Below are positions 1-10,222 of a DNA stretch of 64,000 bases, in pieces. The stretch lies in NCBI GenBank assembly GCA_030602185.1, contig JAUWAE010000001.1, positions 1,184 through 65,183 on the forward strand. The letters run 5' to 3'. This DNA comes from Comamonadaceae bacterium. Its GTDB lineage: Bacteria; Pseudomonadota; Gammaproteobacteria; Burkholderiales; Burkholderiaceae_C. Each line of letters begins with the position of its first letter. Within the stretch, counting starts at the first letter, position 1. The position numbers and the translations under genes are program-made. Below the pieces are notes generated by a model. It was given only the letters and a program-made list of their open reading frames with translations. It searched no databases and had not been told where the DNA came from.

Positions 1-559
1 GCGGCAGGCCCACCAACGCCGTCGGGTCGTCGTTGTCGATGCGATCCAGCAAGGCAATGCCCAGGCCTTCGCTTTTCGCGCTGCCGGCGCAGTCGTAGGG
101 CTGCTCGGCGCGCAGGTAGCGTTCGATTTCGGCGTCGTTCAAGTGGCGGAACACTACGCTTACCACGGCCAGTTCGCTGCGCTCAAACCCGCTGGCCTGG
201 CACATCACCGCCAGCGCGGTCTGGAACCGCACGGTCTGGCCGCTCATCTGCCGCAGCTGGGTCACGGCGCGTTCGTGGGTGCCTGGCTTGCCCAGCGGCA
301 GCCCATTCAGGTCGGCCACCTGGTCGCTGCCGATCACCACCGCCTGCGGGTATTGCGCCGCGACGGCACGGGCCTTGGCGAGTGCCAGCCGCAGGGCCAG
401 CGCAGCGGGGGGCTCGCCGGCGTGTGGGGTCTCGTCCACGTGGGGGGCGGCCACGGTAAAGGGCACGCGCAGGCGTTCCAGCAGCTCTCGCCGGTAGCGG
501 GAGGTGGAGCCCAACACCAGCGCACGCGGTGCGTAGGGGGGGTCAGATGGGGTGTGCAT
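1..559 (-). CDS. maf: Maf-like (YceF/YhdE family) nucleoside triphosphate pyrophosphatase; 3' end runs off the window
   Basis: My own translation of the minus strand from ATG (559-557) gives MHTPSDPPYAPRALVLGSTSRYRRELLERLRVPF...VIGSDQVADLNG...YDCAGSAKSEGLGIALLDRI. The frame is open to position 1, so it is absent from the ORF track. Confidence 0.8.
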   Translation of the reverse strand, partial: MHTPSDPPYAPRALVLGSTSRYRRELLERLRVPFTVAAPHVDETPHAGEPPAALALRLALAKARAVAAQYPQAVVIGSDQVADLNGLPLGKPGTHERAVTQLRQMSGQTVRFQTALAVMCQASGFERSELAVVSVVFRHLNDAEIERYLRAEQPYDCAGSAKSEGLGIALLDRIDNDDPTALVGLP

Positions 560-652
560 GGGCCCCGATTGTGCGGCGATTTCACCGTCCCTTCGGGGGT
601 GGCCTACGGGGCGGCGCGCAAACCGGGGCGATTTCGGTTACCGTAAAGGGTC

Positions 653-1030
653 ATGACACCGCCGAGCCCAGACCTGCACCCCCTGTGCCATTCGCGTGAC
701 CTGGTCGATGGGGGTGAGGCCTGCCCATTCGACGTGCGCTACCAGGGGCAGACCTGCCGGGCCTTTGCCGTGCGCTTCCGTGGGCGGGTGCATGCCTACC
801 TGAACCGCTGCAGCCACGTGGCGATGGAGATGGACTGGCGCCCCAATCAGTTCTTCGATCTCACTGGGCAACATCTGGTGTGCGCCACCCATGGCGCCTT
901 GTTCCGGCCCGACACCGGACAGTGCGTTGGCGGGCCGGGCCGTGGCCCGCTGGTGGCGATCGAGGTGGAAGAGCAGGGTGGGGTGGTGTTCTGGCGGTCA
1001 CAATACCACCTGCAACCTGTCGAATTCTGA
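653..1030 (+). CDS. Rieske (2Fe-2S) domain protein
   Basis: ORF track, 125 aa. Cluster ligands C-x-H (NRCSHV) and C-x-x-H (VCATHG) are present. Confidence 0.8.
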   Translation: MTPPSPDLHPLCHSRDLVDGGEACPFDVRYQGQTCRAFAVRFRGRVHAYLNRCSHVAMEMDWRPNQFFDLTGQHLVCATHGALFRPDTGQCVGGPGRGPLVAIEVEEQGGVVFWRSQYHLQPVEF

Positions 1031-1037
1031 ACCGTAC

Positions 1038-2006
1038 ATGCAAGACCTCAACCCGCCGCCCCGGCCCGACCACGATGCGCCCGGCTGGGAGCGCGCCACC
1101 CTCGAAAAACTCGCTTTTGCCGCCCTGAACGAGCAGCGCGCGGCCCGCCGCTGGAAGGTGGCCTTGCGCCTGGTCTGGCTCGGGCTGTTCGCGGCGCTGC
1201 TGTGGCTGTTCTACCGCGACATCGCGCCGTCGTCGGCGCCCAGCACGCCGCACACCGCCTTGATCGAGGTGCGCGGCGAGATTGCTTCCGATTCCGAGGC
1301 GAGTGCCCAGTCGATCATTGCCTCGCTGCGTTCGGCGTTCGAGGACGCTGGTTCGCAGGCGGTCGTGCTGCTCATCAACTCGCCCGGAGGCAGCCCGGTG
1401 CAGGCCGGCATCGTCAACGACGAGATCCATCGCCTCAAGGCGCTGCACGACAAGCCGGTGTACGCAGTGGTCGAGGAAACCTGCGCGTCGGCGGCATACT
1501 ACATCGCCGCAGCGGCAGACAACATCTACGTCGACAAGGCCAGCCTGGTCGGCAGCATTGGCGTGCTGATGGACGGGTTCGGTTTCACCGGGCTGATGGA
1601 CAAGGTTGGCGTGGAGCGCCGTCTGATGACGGCCGGAGAGAACAAGGGCTTCCTCGACCCCTTCAGCCCGCAGACCGAGGCCCAGCGCACCCATGCCCAG
1701 GCCATGCTCGACGACATCCACCGGCAGTTCATCGAGGTGGTGCGCAAGGGCCGTGGCGACCGCCTGCAGGAAACACCCGAGACCTTCAGCGGGCTGGTGT
1801 GGACCGGCCAGCGCGCCGTGGCGATGGGGCTGGCTGACGACCTGGCGAGCCTGGAACAGGTGGCCCGCGATGTGGTGAAGGCGGAAGAAATCGTCGATTA
1901 CACCCAGCGCGAGAACGTTGCCCAGCGGCTGGCGCGGCGCTTTGGCGCCGGCGTGGGAGAGAGCGCCATGCGCCTGATGCGGGACTGGGGCGTGACGCTG
2001 CGCTGA
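1038..2006 (+). CDS. sppA: S49 family signal peptide peptidase (SppA, short form)
   Basis: ORF 891-2006 trimmed to ATG 1038, 7 nt after the Rieske stop. It has an N-terminal TM segment and LLINSPGGS / GSIGV motifs typical of S49 peptidases. Confidence 0.8.
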   Translation: MQDLNPPPRPDHDAPGWERATLEKLAFAALNEQRAARRWKVALRLVWLGLFAALLWLFYRDIAPSSAPSTPHTALIEVRGEIASDSEASAQSIIASLRSAFEDAGSQAVVLLINSPGGSPVQAGIVNDEIHRLKALHDKPVYAVVEETCASAAYYIAAAADNIYVDKASLVGSIGVLMDGFGFTGLMDKVGVERRLMTAGENKGFLDPFSPQTEAQRTHAQAMLDDIHRQFIEVVRKGRGDRLQETPETFSGLVWTGQRAVAMGLADDLASLEQVARDVVKAEEIVDYTQRENVAQRLARRFGAGVGESAMRLMRDWGVTLR

Positions 2007-2024
2007 GCCCCAGGTACCGACACG

Positions 2025-3242
2025 ATGGACCACGCCGACCCGACGCTCTGCCGCGCCCTGGTGGTGGGGGGCGGCATGGCGGGCCTGGCCACGGCGCTGG
2101 CGCTGGGGCGGACCTTGCCCCGGGGCCAGGTGCCGCTGGTGCTGCTGGAGCAGTCCGAGGCCTTCTCGGAGGTGGGCGCGGGCCTGCAACTGGGGCCCAA
2201 CGCCACCCGGGTGCTGCATGGCTGGGGGCTGGAATCGGCCCTGCGCGCCTGCGCCGCCTACCCCGAAGCCCTGTCGGTGCGCGATGCCCTCAGCGGTGCC
2301 GAACGGGGCCGTTTGCGGCTGGGCGAACGGGCCCGGCTGCAGTACGGGGCCCCCTATGCCACCGTGCACCGGGCCGATCTCCACCGCCTGCTGCTGGAGG
2401 CCGTCCGCGCAGACGGTGAGGTGGATACCCGGCTGGCGCAGCGCTTGCAGTCGTACCAGGACCGGGCGGAGGGCGTGACGCTGCACACCGAGGCTGGCGC
2501 TGCCTTTCAGGCGCCGGTGCTGCTGGGTTGCGACGGCCTGTGGAGCCGGGTGCGCGCACAGGGGTGGGGCGACGGACCGCCCCGGTTTTCTGGGCACCTG
2601 GCCTACCGTGGCCTGGTGCGCATGGACGAGGTGCCGGCCTCGGCCCGCCGCAACGAAGTCACCGCCTGGCTCGGGCCGCGCCTGCACGCGGTGCATTACC
2701 CCGTGCGCGGCGGCGAATGGCTCAACGTGGTCGTGGTGGTGCATGGCGACTTGCCTCCACAAGCGCACGCTTGGGACAACGCCGCCCACCGTACCGACCT
2801 GCGCCGCGCGTTGGGCGCCACCTGCGCCGGGTTGCTGGAGCTGATCGACCGCGTGCCTGAGTGGCGGCTGTGGCCGCTGTATGGCCGCGAGCCCATGACA
2901 GGGGCCGACCAGCACGCCCGCGGGCGGGTGGCGCTGCTGGGCGATGCTGCCCATCCCATGCGGCCGTACCTGGCCCAGGGCGCCGCCATGGCGCTGGAAG
3001 ACGCCTGGACGCTGCAGGCCTGCCTGAACGACGGGGCGGCCCCCGACTGGCCGGTGGTCTTGCAGCGTTGGGCCGAGGTGCGTTGGCCACGCAATGCCTG
3101 GGTGCAGGCCCGCTCGCGGCGCAACGGCACGGTGTTCCACGCCCGCGGGCCGCTGCGCCTGGGCCGCGACGCGGCCATGCGGCTGCTCGGTGAGCGCCTG
3201 CTCGACGTGCCGCGCCTGTACCTCGGGCCGCCGCCCCCCTGA
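2025..3242 (+). CDS. FAD-dependent aromatic-ring monooxygenase (salicylate/3-hydroxybenzoate hydroxylase-UbiH class)
   Basis: [15 protein letters not shown] dinucleotide-binding fold and the [27 protein letters not shown] motif. Confidence 0.75.
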   Translation: MDHADPTLCRALVVGGGMAGLATALALGRTLPRGQVPLVLLEQSEAFSEVGAGLQLGPNATRVLHGWGLESALRACAAYPEALSVRDALSGAERGRLRLGERARLQYGAPYATVHRADLHRLLLEAVRADGEVDTRLAQRLQSYQDRAEGVTLHTEAGAAFQAPVLLGCDGLWSRVRAQGWGDGPPRFSGHLAYRGLVRMDEVPASARRNEVTAWLGPRLHAVHYPVRGGEWLNVVVVVHGDLPPQAHAWDNAAHRTDLRRALGATCAGLLELIDRVPEWRLWPLYGREPMTGADQHARGRVALLGDAAHPMRPYLAQGAAMALEDAWTLQACLNDGAAPDWPVVLQRWAEVRWPRNAWVQARSRRNGTVFHARGPLRLGRDAAMRLLGERLLDVPRLYLGPPPP

Positions 3243-3318
3243 AGGCACCCAGGCCGCCTGCCGACACGCCAGAGGGGCCGGATTCGGTGGTACAAACGGC
3301 ACAGAACGAGGAACCACG

Positions 3319-4890
3319 ATGCAAGAGACCCATGAGCCGGATGCCAAAGGCCCGGCCGCGCTGCAACTGCGCCGCGTAGCCATCGACACTTACCGCGAAA
3401 ACGTCGCCTACCTGCACCGCGACTGCGAGGTCTACCGCGCCGAAGGCTTCCAGGCCCTGTCCAAGGTCGAAGTCAGTGCCAATGGCCGCCGCATCCTGGC
3501 CACCCTCAACGTCACGTCCGATCCCCGCATTGTGCAATGCCACGAGCTGGGCCTGTCGGAAGACGCGTTTGCCCAGATGGGGGTGTTGCCTGGCCACCCG
3601 GCCACCATCTCGCAGGCGGAGCCCCCGGCCTCGATCGCTGCGCTGCACCGCAAGATCAACGGTGAGCGCCTGACCCGCGAGGACTTTCATGCCATCGTGC
3701 GCGACATTGCCGAGCACCGCTACTCCAAGATCGAACTCTCGGCCTTCGTGGTCGCCACCAACCGCGGCGAGCTCGACCGCGAAGAGGTCTTCTTCCTGAC
3801 CGAGGCCATGATCGCCAGCGGCCGCCGGGTGGACTGGCGCGAACGGCTGGTGGTGGACAAGCACTGCATCGGTGGCATTCCGGGCAACCGCACGTCCATG
3901 CTGGTGGTGCCCATCGTGGCAGCGCACGGGCTGGTGTGCCCCAAAACCTCGTCGCGCGCGATCACCTCGCCCGCCGGCACGGCCGACACCATGGAGGTGC
4001 TGGCGAACGTGGAACTGCCGTTCGACCGCCTGAGCGAGATCGTGCGCGAACACCGGGCTTGCCTGGCGTGGGGCGGCACGGCCGAGCTGTCCCCGGCCGA
4101 CGACGTGCTGATTTCGGTCGAGCGCCCGCTGTCGCTCGACTCGCCGGGGCAGATGGTCGCGTCCATCCTGAGCAAGAAGATCGCCGCCGGCTCCAGCCAC
4201 CTGGTGCTCGACATTCCCATCGGCCCCACGGCCAAGGTGCGCTCCATGCCCGAGGCGCAGAAGCTGCGCCGCCTGTTCGAGTACACGGCGCACCGGTTGG
4301 GGCTGTCGCTGGACGTGGTCATCACCGACGGCCGCCAGCCGATTGGCAACGGCGTGGGCCCGGTGCTGGAGGCGCGCGACGTGATGCGCGTGCTCGAAAA
4401 CCACCCGCTGGCACCGATCGACCTGCGCCAGAAATCACTGCGGCTGGCCGGGCGCCTGCTGGAATGCGACCCCGACATCCGCGGCGGCGACGGCTACGCG
4501 ATCGCGCGCGACATCCTCGACTCCGGCCGCGCGCTGGAGAAAATGCGCGCCATCATGGCCGCCCAGGGGGCCAAGCCCTTTGACCACGAGCGCCCCGAAT
4601 TGGGGGCCTTGAGTTTTGAAGTGGTGGCCGAGCGGGACGGCGTGGTCACCGGCATCGACAACCTGCAGATCGCGCGCGTTGCCCAGCTGGCCGGGGCCCC
4701 CAAGGTCCAGGGGGCTGGCGTGGACCTGGCGCGCAAGCTCGGCGAGCCGGTGCGGGCGGGCGAGCCACTGTACCGGGTGTATGCGGCCTTCCCGGCCGAC
4801 CTGGAGTTTGCCCGGCTGGCCACCCAGCGCTTCAGTGCCTACACCCTGGGCGACGCGGCCGAGGTGCCGCACGTGTTCGTGGAGTTTTGA
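3319..4890 (+). CDS. Thymidine phosphorylase family protein of the AMP-phosphorylase-like 'putative thymidine phosphorylase' subtype
   Basis: ORF 3094-4890 trimmed to ATG 3319. It has nucleoside phosphorylase motifs [14 protein letters not shown] and [14 protein letters not shown], plus an N-terminal extension of about 80 aa ahead of the glycosyltransferase-3 core. Confidence 0.8.
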   Translation: MQETHEPDAKGPAALQLRRVAIDTYRENVAYLHRDCEVYRAEGFQALSKVEVSANGRRILATLNVTSDPRIVQCHELGLSEDAFAQMGVLPGHPATISQAEPPASIAALHRKINGERLTREDFHAIVRDIAEHRYSKIELSAFVVATNRGELDREEVFFLTEAMIASGRRVDWRERLVVDKHCIGGIPGNRTSMLVVPIVAAHGLVCPKTSSRAITSPAGTADTMEVLANVELPFDRLSEIVREHRACLAWGGTAELSPADDVLISVERPLSLDSPGQMVASILSKKIAAGSSHLVLDIPIGPTAKVRSMPEAQKLRRLFEYTAHRLGLSLDVVITDGRQPIGNGVGPVLEARDVMRVLENHPLAPIDLRQKSLRLAGRLLECDPDIRGGDGYAIARDILDSGRALEKMRAIMAAQGAKPFDHERPELGALSFEVVAERDGVVTGIDNLQIARVAQLAGAPKVQGAGVDLARKLGEPVRAGEPLYRVYAAFPADLEFARLATQRFSAYTLGDAAEVPHVFVEF

Positions 4891-5795
4891 CCGTGGCCCC
4901 GACCGTTCTGTTGCATTTTGCCGATGAGGCCCCTGCGGCCCACGCCCTGGCCGACGTGCTGGGTGGCGCCGTGGCGCCGCTGGAAATCGAACGACACCGC
5001 TTCCCCGATGGCGAGCTCAAGCTCCGCTTGCCCGCGACCTTGCCCGAGGAGGTGCTGGTCTGGCGCGGCTTGCAGCAGCCCAACGACAAACTGGTCGAGT
5101 TGCTGCTCACGGCGCAGACCGCCCGCCAGCTCGGCGCTCGCCGGCTGGCGCTGGTCGCGCCCTACCTGGCCTACATGCGGCAGGACATGGCCTTTCGCCC
5201 GGGCGAGGCGGTCAGCCAGCGCATCGTCGGGGGCTTCCTGGCCCAGCTGTTCGATGCGGTGCTCACCGTCGACCCCCACCTGCACCGTGTGGCCACGCTG
5301 GGCGAGGCCGTACCGGTACCGCAGCCGCTGGTGGTCAGCGGCGCGCCTGCGCTGGCCGACTGGATCGCCCGCGAGCGGCCGCAGGCCCTGCTGCTGGGGC
5401 CGGACGAAGAGTCGGCTCAGTGGGTGGCCCAGGCCGCCGACCGCCACGGCCTGGACCGGGCGGTCTGTCGCAAGGTGCGGCATGGCGACCGGCAGGTCGA
5501 CGTTGAGCTGCCCCCGCAGGACTGGCGCGACCGGCAGGTGGTGATCCTGGACGACATGGCCAGCACCGGTCACACGGTGGCCCGCGCGGCCCGCCTGGTG
5601 CTGGCGGCCGGCGCCCGCTCGGTGGACGTGGCAGTGACCCACGCGCTGTTTGCCGATGGCGCGCTCGACACCCTGCACGACGCTGGCATCGACCAGGTCT
5701 GGAGCACCGACTGCATCCCCCATGCCACCAACGTGGTGCCCATGGCGCCGGTGCTGGCCCAGGCGCTGAAGGCGGCGGGCTGGTGCCTGCCCTGA
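4887..5795 (+). CDS. Ribose-phosphate pyrophosphokinase-like protein (second Prs paralog in the window)
   Basis: Prs family motifs PYLAYMRQD and [12 protein letters not shown] (PRPP loop). The start (TTG 4887 or GTG 4893) overlaps or abuts the upstream stop TGA 4888-4890. Confidence 0.75.
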   Translation: MTVAPTVLLHFADEAPAAHALADVLGGAVAPLEIERHRFPDGELKLRLPATLPEEVLVWRGLQQPNDKLVELLLTAQTARQLGARRLALVAPYLAYMRQDMAFRPGEAVSQRIVGGFLAQLFDAVLTVDPHLHRVATLGEAVPVPQPLVVSGAPALADWIARERPQALLLGPDEESAQWVAQAADRHGLDRAVCRKVRHGDRQVDVELPPQDWRDRQVVILDDMASTGHTVARAARLVLAAGARSVDVAVTHALFADGALDTLHDAGIDQVWSTDCIPHATNVVPMAPVLAQALKAAGWCLP

Positions 5796-5823
5796 GGCGA
5801 CGCGGCCCGGCGTGGGGCGGTTG

Positions 5824-7125
5824 TCAGCGCGGCTGCGCCGGCAGCCGCCAGAAGGCCAGCGCTCCCAGGGCCAGCAACACCGAGGTGGTGCCCAGGGCCG
5901 CGGTGTAGGGGTCCAGCCCCAGTGGCGGAGCCAGCGAGGCCACCCAGCCCGTGAGGGTCTGCACGCCCGCCACGCCCAAAAACATGGCCATGGTGAACAC
6001 CGACAACGCCCGCCCCGCCATGTCGGGCGCGTAGGACGAGCGGACGTTGGCGTACTGCAGCACCCCAGCCCCGGACAATGCGCCGACAGCGACCATGGCC
6101 GCCACATCGCTCCAGGCGTTGGGCCAGACGGCCATACCGCAGAACATCAGGGCCGAGGTGCTGCTGAATGCCACGATCCAGCGCCGCCGTGTGCCCGGCC
6201 CGGGGTCGAGCCGCCCGAACAGGGCCGGTGTACACAGCGAGATCAGCGACACCACCAGCGCGACGTGGCCCACGGCCATCAGGTCCAGGCCGTGCCGCTC
6301 GGTGAGCATCGGGCCGAGCCACAGCCCGCGCAGCGTCAGGAAGGCGGCGTAGTGCACCAGCGCCAAGGCCATGATGCCGCGCGTGTGCGGCAGCAGGAAC
6401 AGCGAGCCGAAGCCGCGCAACGTCTGTGCCAGTGTGTCGGGGCGGGGGTGGTTGGCATGGGCCGGCTCCCGCAGGTGCCAGTGCAGTAGCCCCCAGGCCA
6501 GTGCCGCCAGGGCGGCCAGCAGGCCAAAGCCCGCCCGCCACGAGGTCTGCGCCACCCACCATGCCAGCGGCGTGCCGGTGAGCAGCAGGCCCAGCCCGCC
6601 CAGGCCCATGGCCAGCCCGGAGAAGAAGGCGAAGCGCTTCGGGGGGAAATGCCGCGCGATGTAGAGCGTGCAGGTGATGAACGCCGGGGAGCAGCCGATG
6701 CCGATCAGTGCCTGCCCGATCAGCAGCACCGAGAAGTTGGGCGCGAGGGCCGACACCACGGCACCCACCACTGCCAGCGGGAACACCGACAGCAGCGTGC
6801 GCCGCAGGCCATAGTAGTCGAGCGCCACGCCCATGGCGAACTGGCTCAGGCCAAACGCGAACGCGAAGGTGCCGGCAAACACCCCGAGGGCGCGCGTCGA
6901 CAGCGCAAATTCGGCCTGTAGCCCACCCGCCAGGATGGCCGTGACGGTGCGAAACGCCTGGCTGAGCGCAAACCCGGCAATCAACGCCAGCAGCGGCCAC
7001 CAGGCAGGGTGGGGTGGCGGGCTGGAGGGGGTGGGGGCTGGCGCGGGGCCCGGACCTGGGGAAGCGGACACTGAAACTCCTGGCGGTGACGAGTGCAAGC
7101 CGGCGGTGGCGGCCGCGGGAAGCAA
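5824..7125 (-). CDS. MFS transporter
   Basis: ORF track, 433 aa, about 12 hydrophobic segments, MFS-type loop GVALDYYGLRRT. The N-terminus is Pro/Ser-rich, so the true start is uncertain. Confidence 0.75.
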   Translation of the reverse strand: MLPAAATAGLHSSPPGVSVSASPGPGPAPAPTPSSPPPHPAWWPLLALIAGFALSQAFRTVTAILAGGLQAEFALSTRALGVFAGTFAFAFGLSQFAMGVALDYYGLRRTLLSVFPLAVVGAVVSALAPNFSVLLIGQALIGIGCSPAFITCTLYIARHFPPKRFAFFSGLAMGLGGLGLLLTGTPLAWWVAQTSWRAGFGLLAALAALAWGLLHWHLREPAHANHPRPDTLAQTLRGFGSLFLLPHTRGIMALALVHYAAFLTLRGLWLGPMLTERHGLDLMAVGHVALVVSLISLCTPALFGRLDPGPGTRRRWIVAFSSTSALMFCGMAVWPNAWSDVAAMVAVGALSGAGVLQYANVRSSYAPDMAGRALSVFTMAMFLGVAGVQTLTGWVASLAPPLGLDPYTAALGTTSVLLALGALAFWRLPAQPR

Positions 7126-7204
7126 GGCCTGCGAGCATACGCGCGCTGGCGTGCAGCCGCTGTCGCGTCGGTAGCGTGGCTGGGGGAGTGACCGGGCGAG
7201 GTCG

Positions 7205-8082
7205 TCAGAGGTCGGTGCGCAGCGTCCAGATTTCCGGGAACAGCACCACGTCCAGCATCTTGCGCAGGTAGCTGGTGCCGCCGGTGCCGCCGGTGCCGCG
7301 TTTGAGCCCGATGACGCGCTCGACGGTGGTGAGGTGACGGAAGCGCCAGAGGCGGAAGGCGTCTTCCAGGTCGGTCAGTTCTTCGCCGAGCTGGTAGAGG
7401 TCCCAGTGCTGTTCAGGCTGGCGGTACACCTGCAGCCAGGCCTCTTCCACCGCTTTGTTTTCCATGTAGGGCTGGGTCCAGTCGCGCTCGGTGTGGCTGG
7501 CGGGCACCGGCAGACCCCGGCGGGCCAGCAGGCGCAAGGCTTCGTCGTACAGCGAAGGTGCTTCGTAGGCGGCCTGCACCATGGCCAGCAGGTCGGGCCG
7601 GTGCGCATGCGGCTTGAGCATGGCGGCGTTCTTGTTGCCCAGGGCGAACTCGATGCAGCGGTACTGGTAGCTCTGGAAGCCGCTGGACTGCGCCAGGTAG
7701 GGCCGGATGGCGCTGTACTCGGGCGGCGTCATGGTGGCCAGCACGTCCCAGGCGTGCACCAGCTGCTCCATGATCTTGCTCACGCGCGCCAGCATCTTGA
7801 AGGCCGCAGCAATTGGTCGCGCGCCACGCAGGCCACGGCGGCGTGCAGTTCGTGCAGCATCAGCTTCATCCACAGCTCGCTCGTCTGGTGCTGCACGATG
7901 AAGAGCATTTCGTTGTGGTCGGGCGACAGCGGCTTTTGCGCGTTGAGGATGGCGTCGAGCTGCAGGTAGTCGCCATAGCTCATGGCGTGGCTGAAGTCGA
8001 GCTGGGCGTGTTCCTCGTGCACGATGGTTTCGGTGCGGCCGGCGTGCATCGGGCAGCCGCTGGGCGGAACAGAGGTTGGCAT
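7205..8082 (-). pseudogene. kynA: Tryptophan 2,3-dioxygenase with one frame break (authentic or sequencing error)
   Basis: The N-terminal 91 codons are in ORF 7780-8082 (MPTSVPPSG...[22 protein letters not shown]). The rest is in the frame of ORF 7205-8638 ([38 protein letters not shown]...[21 protein letters not shown]). The frames meet at 7808-7809, where one nucleotide is missing. Confidence 0.85.
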
Positions 8083-8103
8083 GTGGGCTCCTCGGAAGCG
8101 GGG

Positions 8104-9387
8104 TCAGGTCACGGCCTGCTGGCGGGCGAATTCGGGCCGTTGCCATTCGCCACTGTCCAGCACCTGCTTCAGGTGCTCCACGGCCTGCCAGACGTCTTCG
8201 TGGCCGAGGTACAGCGGCGTGAAGCCAAAGCGCAGGATGTCGGGCTGCTGGGCGTCGCCAGCGCGGAAGTCGCCAATAACCCCACGGGCGATCAGCGCCT
8301 GCACGATGGCGTAAGCGCCTTCGGTGCGGCTCAGGCAGACCTGCGAGCCGCGCCGGCGGTGTTCGCGCGGCGTGACCAGGGTCAGGCCATGGCCGGCGCA
8401 GCGTGCCTCCACCAGCTCGATGAAAAGGTCGGTCAGGGCCAGCGACTTGTCGCGCAGGACGGTCATGCCGCCGTAGGGCTCGGCCGCGAGCACGGTGTCC
8501 ACACCGCACTCCAGCGCGGCCAGGCTGATCATGGGTTGGGTGCCGCACAAAAAGCGCTGGATGCCGGGCGCGGGCCGGTAATCGGGCGTGAAGGCGAACG
8601 GCGCCGCATGGCCCCACCAGCAGGCCAGCGGTTGCCACAGGTCATCGCCCAGCCGCGCGGCGTGGCGCGGGTTCAGCCAGGCGAAGGCCGGGGCACCCGG
8701 CCCACCATTGAGGTATTTGTAGCCACAACCGACCGCAAAGTCGGCGTCGGCGCCGTTCAGGTCCACCGGCACAGCGCCGGCGCTGTGCGCCAGGTCCCAC
8801 ACCATCAGCGCGCCGGCGCCGTGTACCGCCGCGGTCACACCGCCCATGTCGTGCATGGCGCCGGTGCGGTAGTTCACGTGGGTCAGCATCACCACCCCGG
8901 TGTCCGGTCCCAGGGTCGCCATCAGGTCGGCCGCGTCGATGAGTTGCAGGGTCCAGCCGCGCTCACGGCACAGCGCCTCGGCAATGTAGAGGTCGGTCGG
9001 GAAGTTGCTGCGCTCGCTCACCAGGGTGCGGCGCCCTGGCGCGGCCTGGGCCTGCATCTGCATGGCCAGGCTGAGCACCTTGAACAGGTTGACCGAGGTG
9101 CTGTCGGTGGCGACCGTCTGGCCAGGGCGGGCACCGATCAGGCGCCCGATCTTGTCGCCCACGGTGCGGGGCCAGTCGAACCAGCCGGCGCTGTTCCAGC
9201 TGCGGATCAGGCCCTGGCCCCATTGCTGCTGCACCACCTCGGCCACGCGGGCCGGGGTGGCGGTGGGGCACACGCCCAGGGAATTGCCATCGAGGTAGAT
9301 CACGCCCTCGGGCAGGGTGAACTGGTCGCGCAGGGGGCGCAGCGGGTCTTGGGCGTCGCGCGCCCGGCAGTCGGTCAGGGTGGTCAT
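8104..9387 (-). CDS. kynU: Kynureninase
   Basis: ORF 8104-9810 trimmed to ATG 9387 ([38 protein letters not shown]...). It lies 14 nt after the kynB stop, and the upstream part of the ORF is low-complexity. Confidence 0.9.
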   Translation of the reverse strand: MTTLTDCRARDAQDPLRPLRDQFTLPEGVIYLDGNSLGVCPTATPARVAEVVQQQWGQGLIRSWNSAGWFDWPRTVGDKIGRLIGARPGQTVATDSTSVNLFKVLSLAMQMQAQAAPGRRTLVSERSNFPTDLYIAEALCRERGWTLQLIDAADLMATLGPDTGVVMLTHVNYRTGAMHDMGGVTAAVHGAGALMVWDLAHSAGAVPVDLNGADADFAVGCGYKYLNGGPGAPAFAWLNPRHAARLGDDLWQPLACWWGHAAPFAFTPDYRPAPGIQRFLCGTQPMISLAALECGVDTVLAAEPYGGMTVLRDKSLALTDLFIELVEARCAGHGLTLVTPREHRRRGSQVCLSRTEGAYAIVQALIARGVIGDFRAGDAQQPDILRFGFTPLYLGHEDVWQAVEHLKQVLDSGEWQRPEFARQQAVT

Positions 9388-9401
9388 GGGAGGGGTCCGG
9401 T

Positions 9402-10040
9402 TCAGGGCAGGGCACGCAGGACTGCCCGCACGGGGCTGGCGTCGGCGTCCATGAGTTTCAGGGGCAGGGCGATCAGCTCGTAATCGCCTTCGGGCACGTC
9501 GTCCAGGCACAGGTTCTCCAGCACCCGCAGGCCGCGCTGCCGCACCATCTGGTGGCTGTCCAGCGTCTTGCTGTCGGCCGGGTCGATGCTGGCAGTGTCG
9601 ATGCCGATCAACACCACGCCCCGGTCGGCCAACCAGGCCACCGTGTCGGGGGCAAAGGCGTGCAGGGCGGGGTCCCACTGCTGGGCCGGCATGCGGGGGT
9701 AGGTGCGCACCAGCACCCGAGGCGGGCACGGCAACCCGTCGGGCAGGGCGTGGGCGAGGTGGGCCCGCCGCACCAGTGGGTCGGCGTGCAGGGCGTGCAC
9801 CACCCGGCATGGGCCAAGGTAGGCGTCGAGCGCCACGGCACCGATCGGCGAACCTTCGGGGTCGTAGTGCAGTGGCGCATCGGCGTGGGCGCCAATGTGC
9901 GGGGTGCTGGTGATGGCGCTGACATTGACCGGGCAGCCCGGGCCGATGCGGGCCACCCAGACCTGCTGGTAGGCGGTATCGCCCGGAAACACCGGCGTGC
10001 CGGCACCGACGGGGGGAGAAATGTCCCAGAGCTTTGACAT
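9402..10040 (-). CDS. kynB: Kynurenine formamidase (arylformamidase)
   Basis: ORF 9402-10115 trimmed to ATG 10040 ([11 protein letters not shown]...). It has the [11 protein letters not shown] metal-binding motif of cyclase-family formamidases. Confidence 0.85.
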   Translation of the reverse strand: MSKLWDISPPVGAGTPVFPGDTAYQQVWVARIGPGCPVNVSAITSTPHIGAHADAPLHYDPEGSPIGAVALDAYLGPCRVVHALHADPLVRRAHLAHALPDGLPCPPRVLVRTYPRMPAQQWDPALHAFAPDTVAWLADRGVVLIGIDTASIDPADSKTLDSHQMVRQRGLRVLENLCLDDVPEGDYELIALPLKLMDADASPVRAVLRALP

Positions 10041-10222
10041 GCCCGGGAAGTTAGCACCGGGTTTTGGGGCGTGGTGTCGGTTATTTGCAACAGATTGAAA
10101 GAATTGACACCTCAATCAACTGAGCGACCGGGTCTTTCTCCAAGGATCGGCAGGGCATGGCTGCATCCGCTAAGCTGTTGGCCGTGAGGGTGGCGCGGGC
10201 CACCAAAGGCAAAAGACTGGAC

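Noticed and set aside
861-3389. An 842-aa ORF on the minus strand, and similar long ORFs at 2722-4404, 4839-6107 and 5570-7138.
   Set aside because: They are antisense or out of frame relative to ORFs with clear family motifs (SppA, FAD monooxygenase, phosphorylase, Prs-like, MFS). Their translations are Arg/Ala/Gly/Pro-rich low complexity, which is typical of spurious open frames in high-G+C DNA.
8104-9810. N-terminal extensions offered by the ORF track. Examples are kynU to 9810, recN to 38003, hrcA from 37337, the TPR protein to 31314 and the adaptor from 44294.
   Set aside because: The extensions overlap neighbouring genes and translate to Pro/Arg/Gly-rich sequence. Conserved N-termini begin at internal ATG/GTG codons placed a few nt from, or overlapping, the upstream stop.
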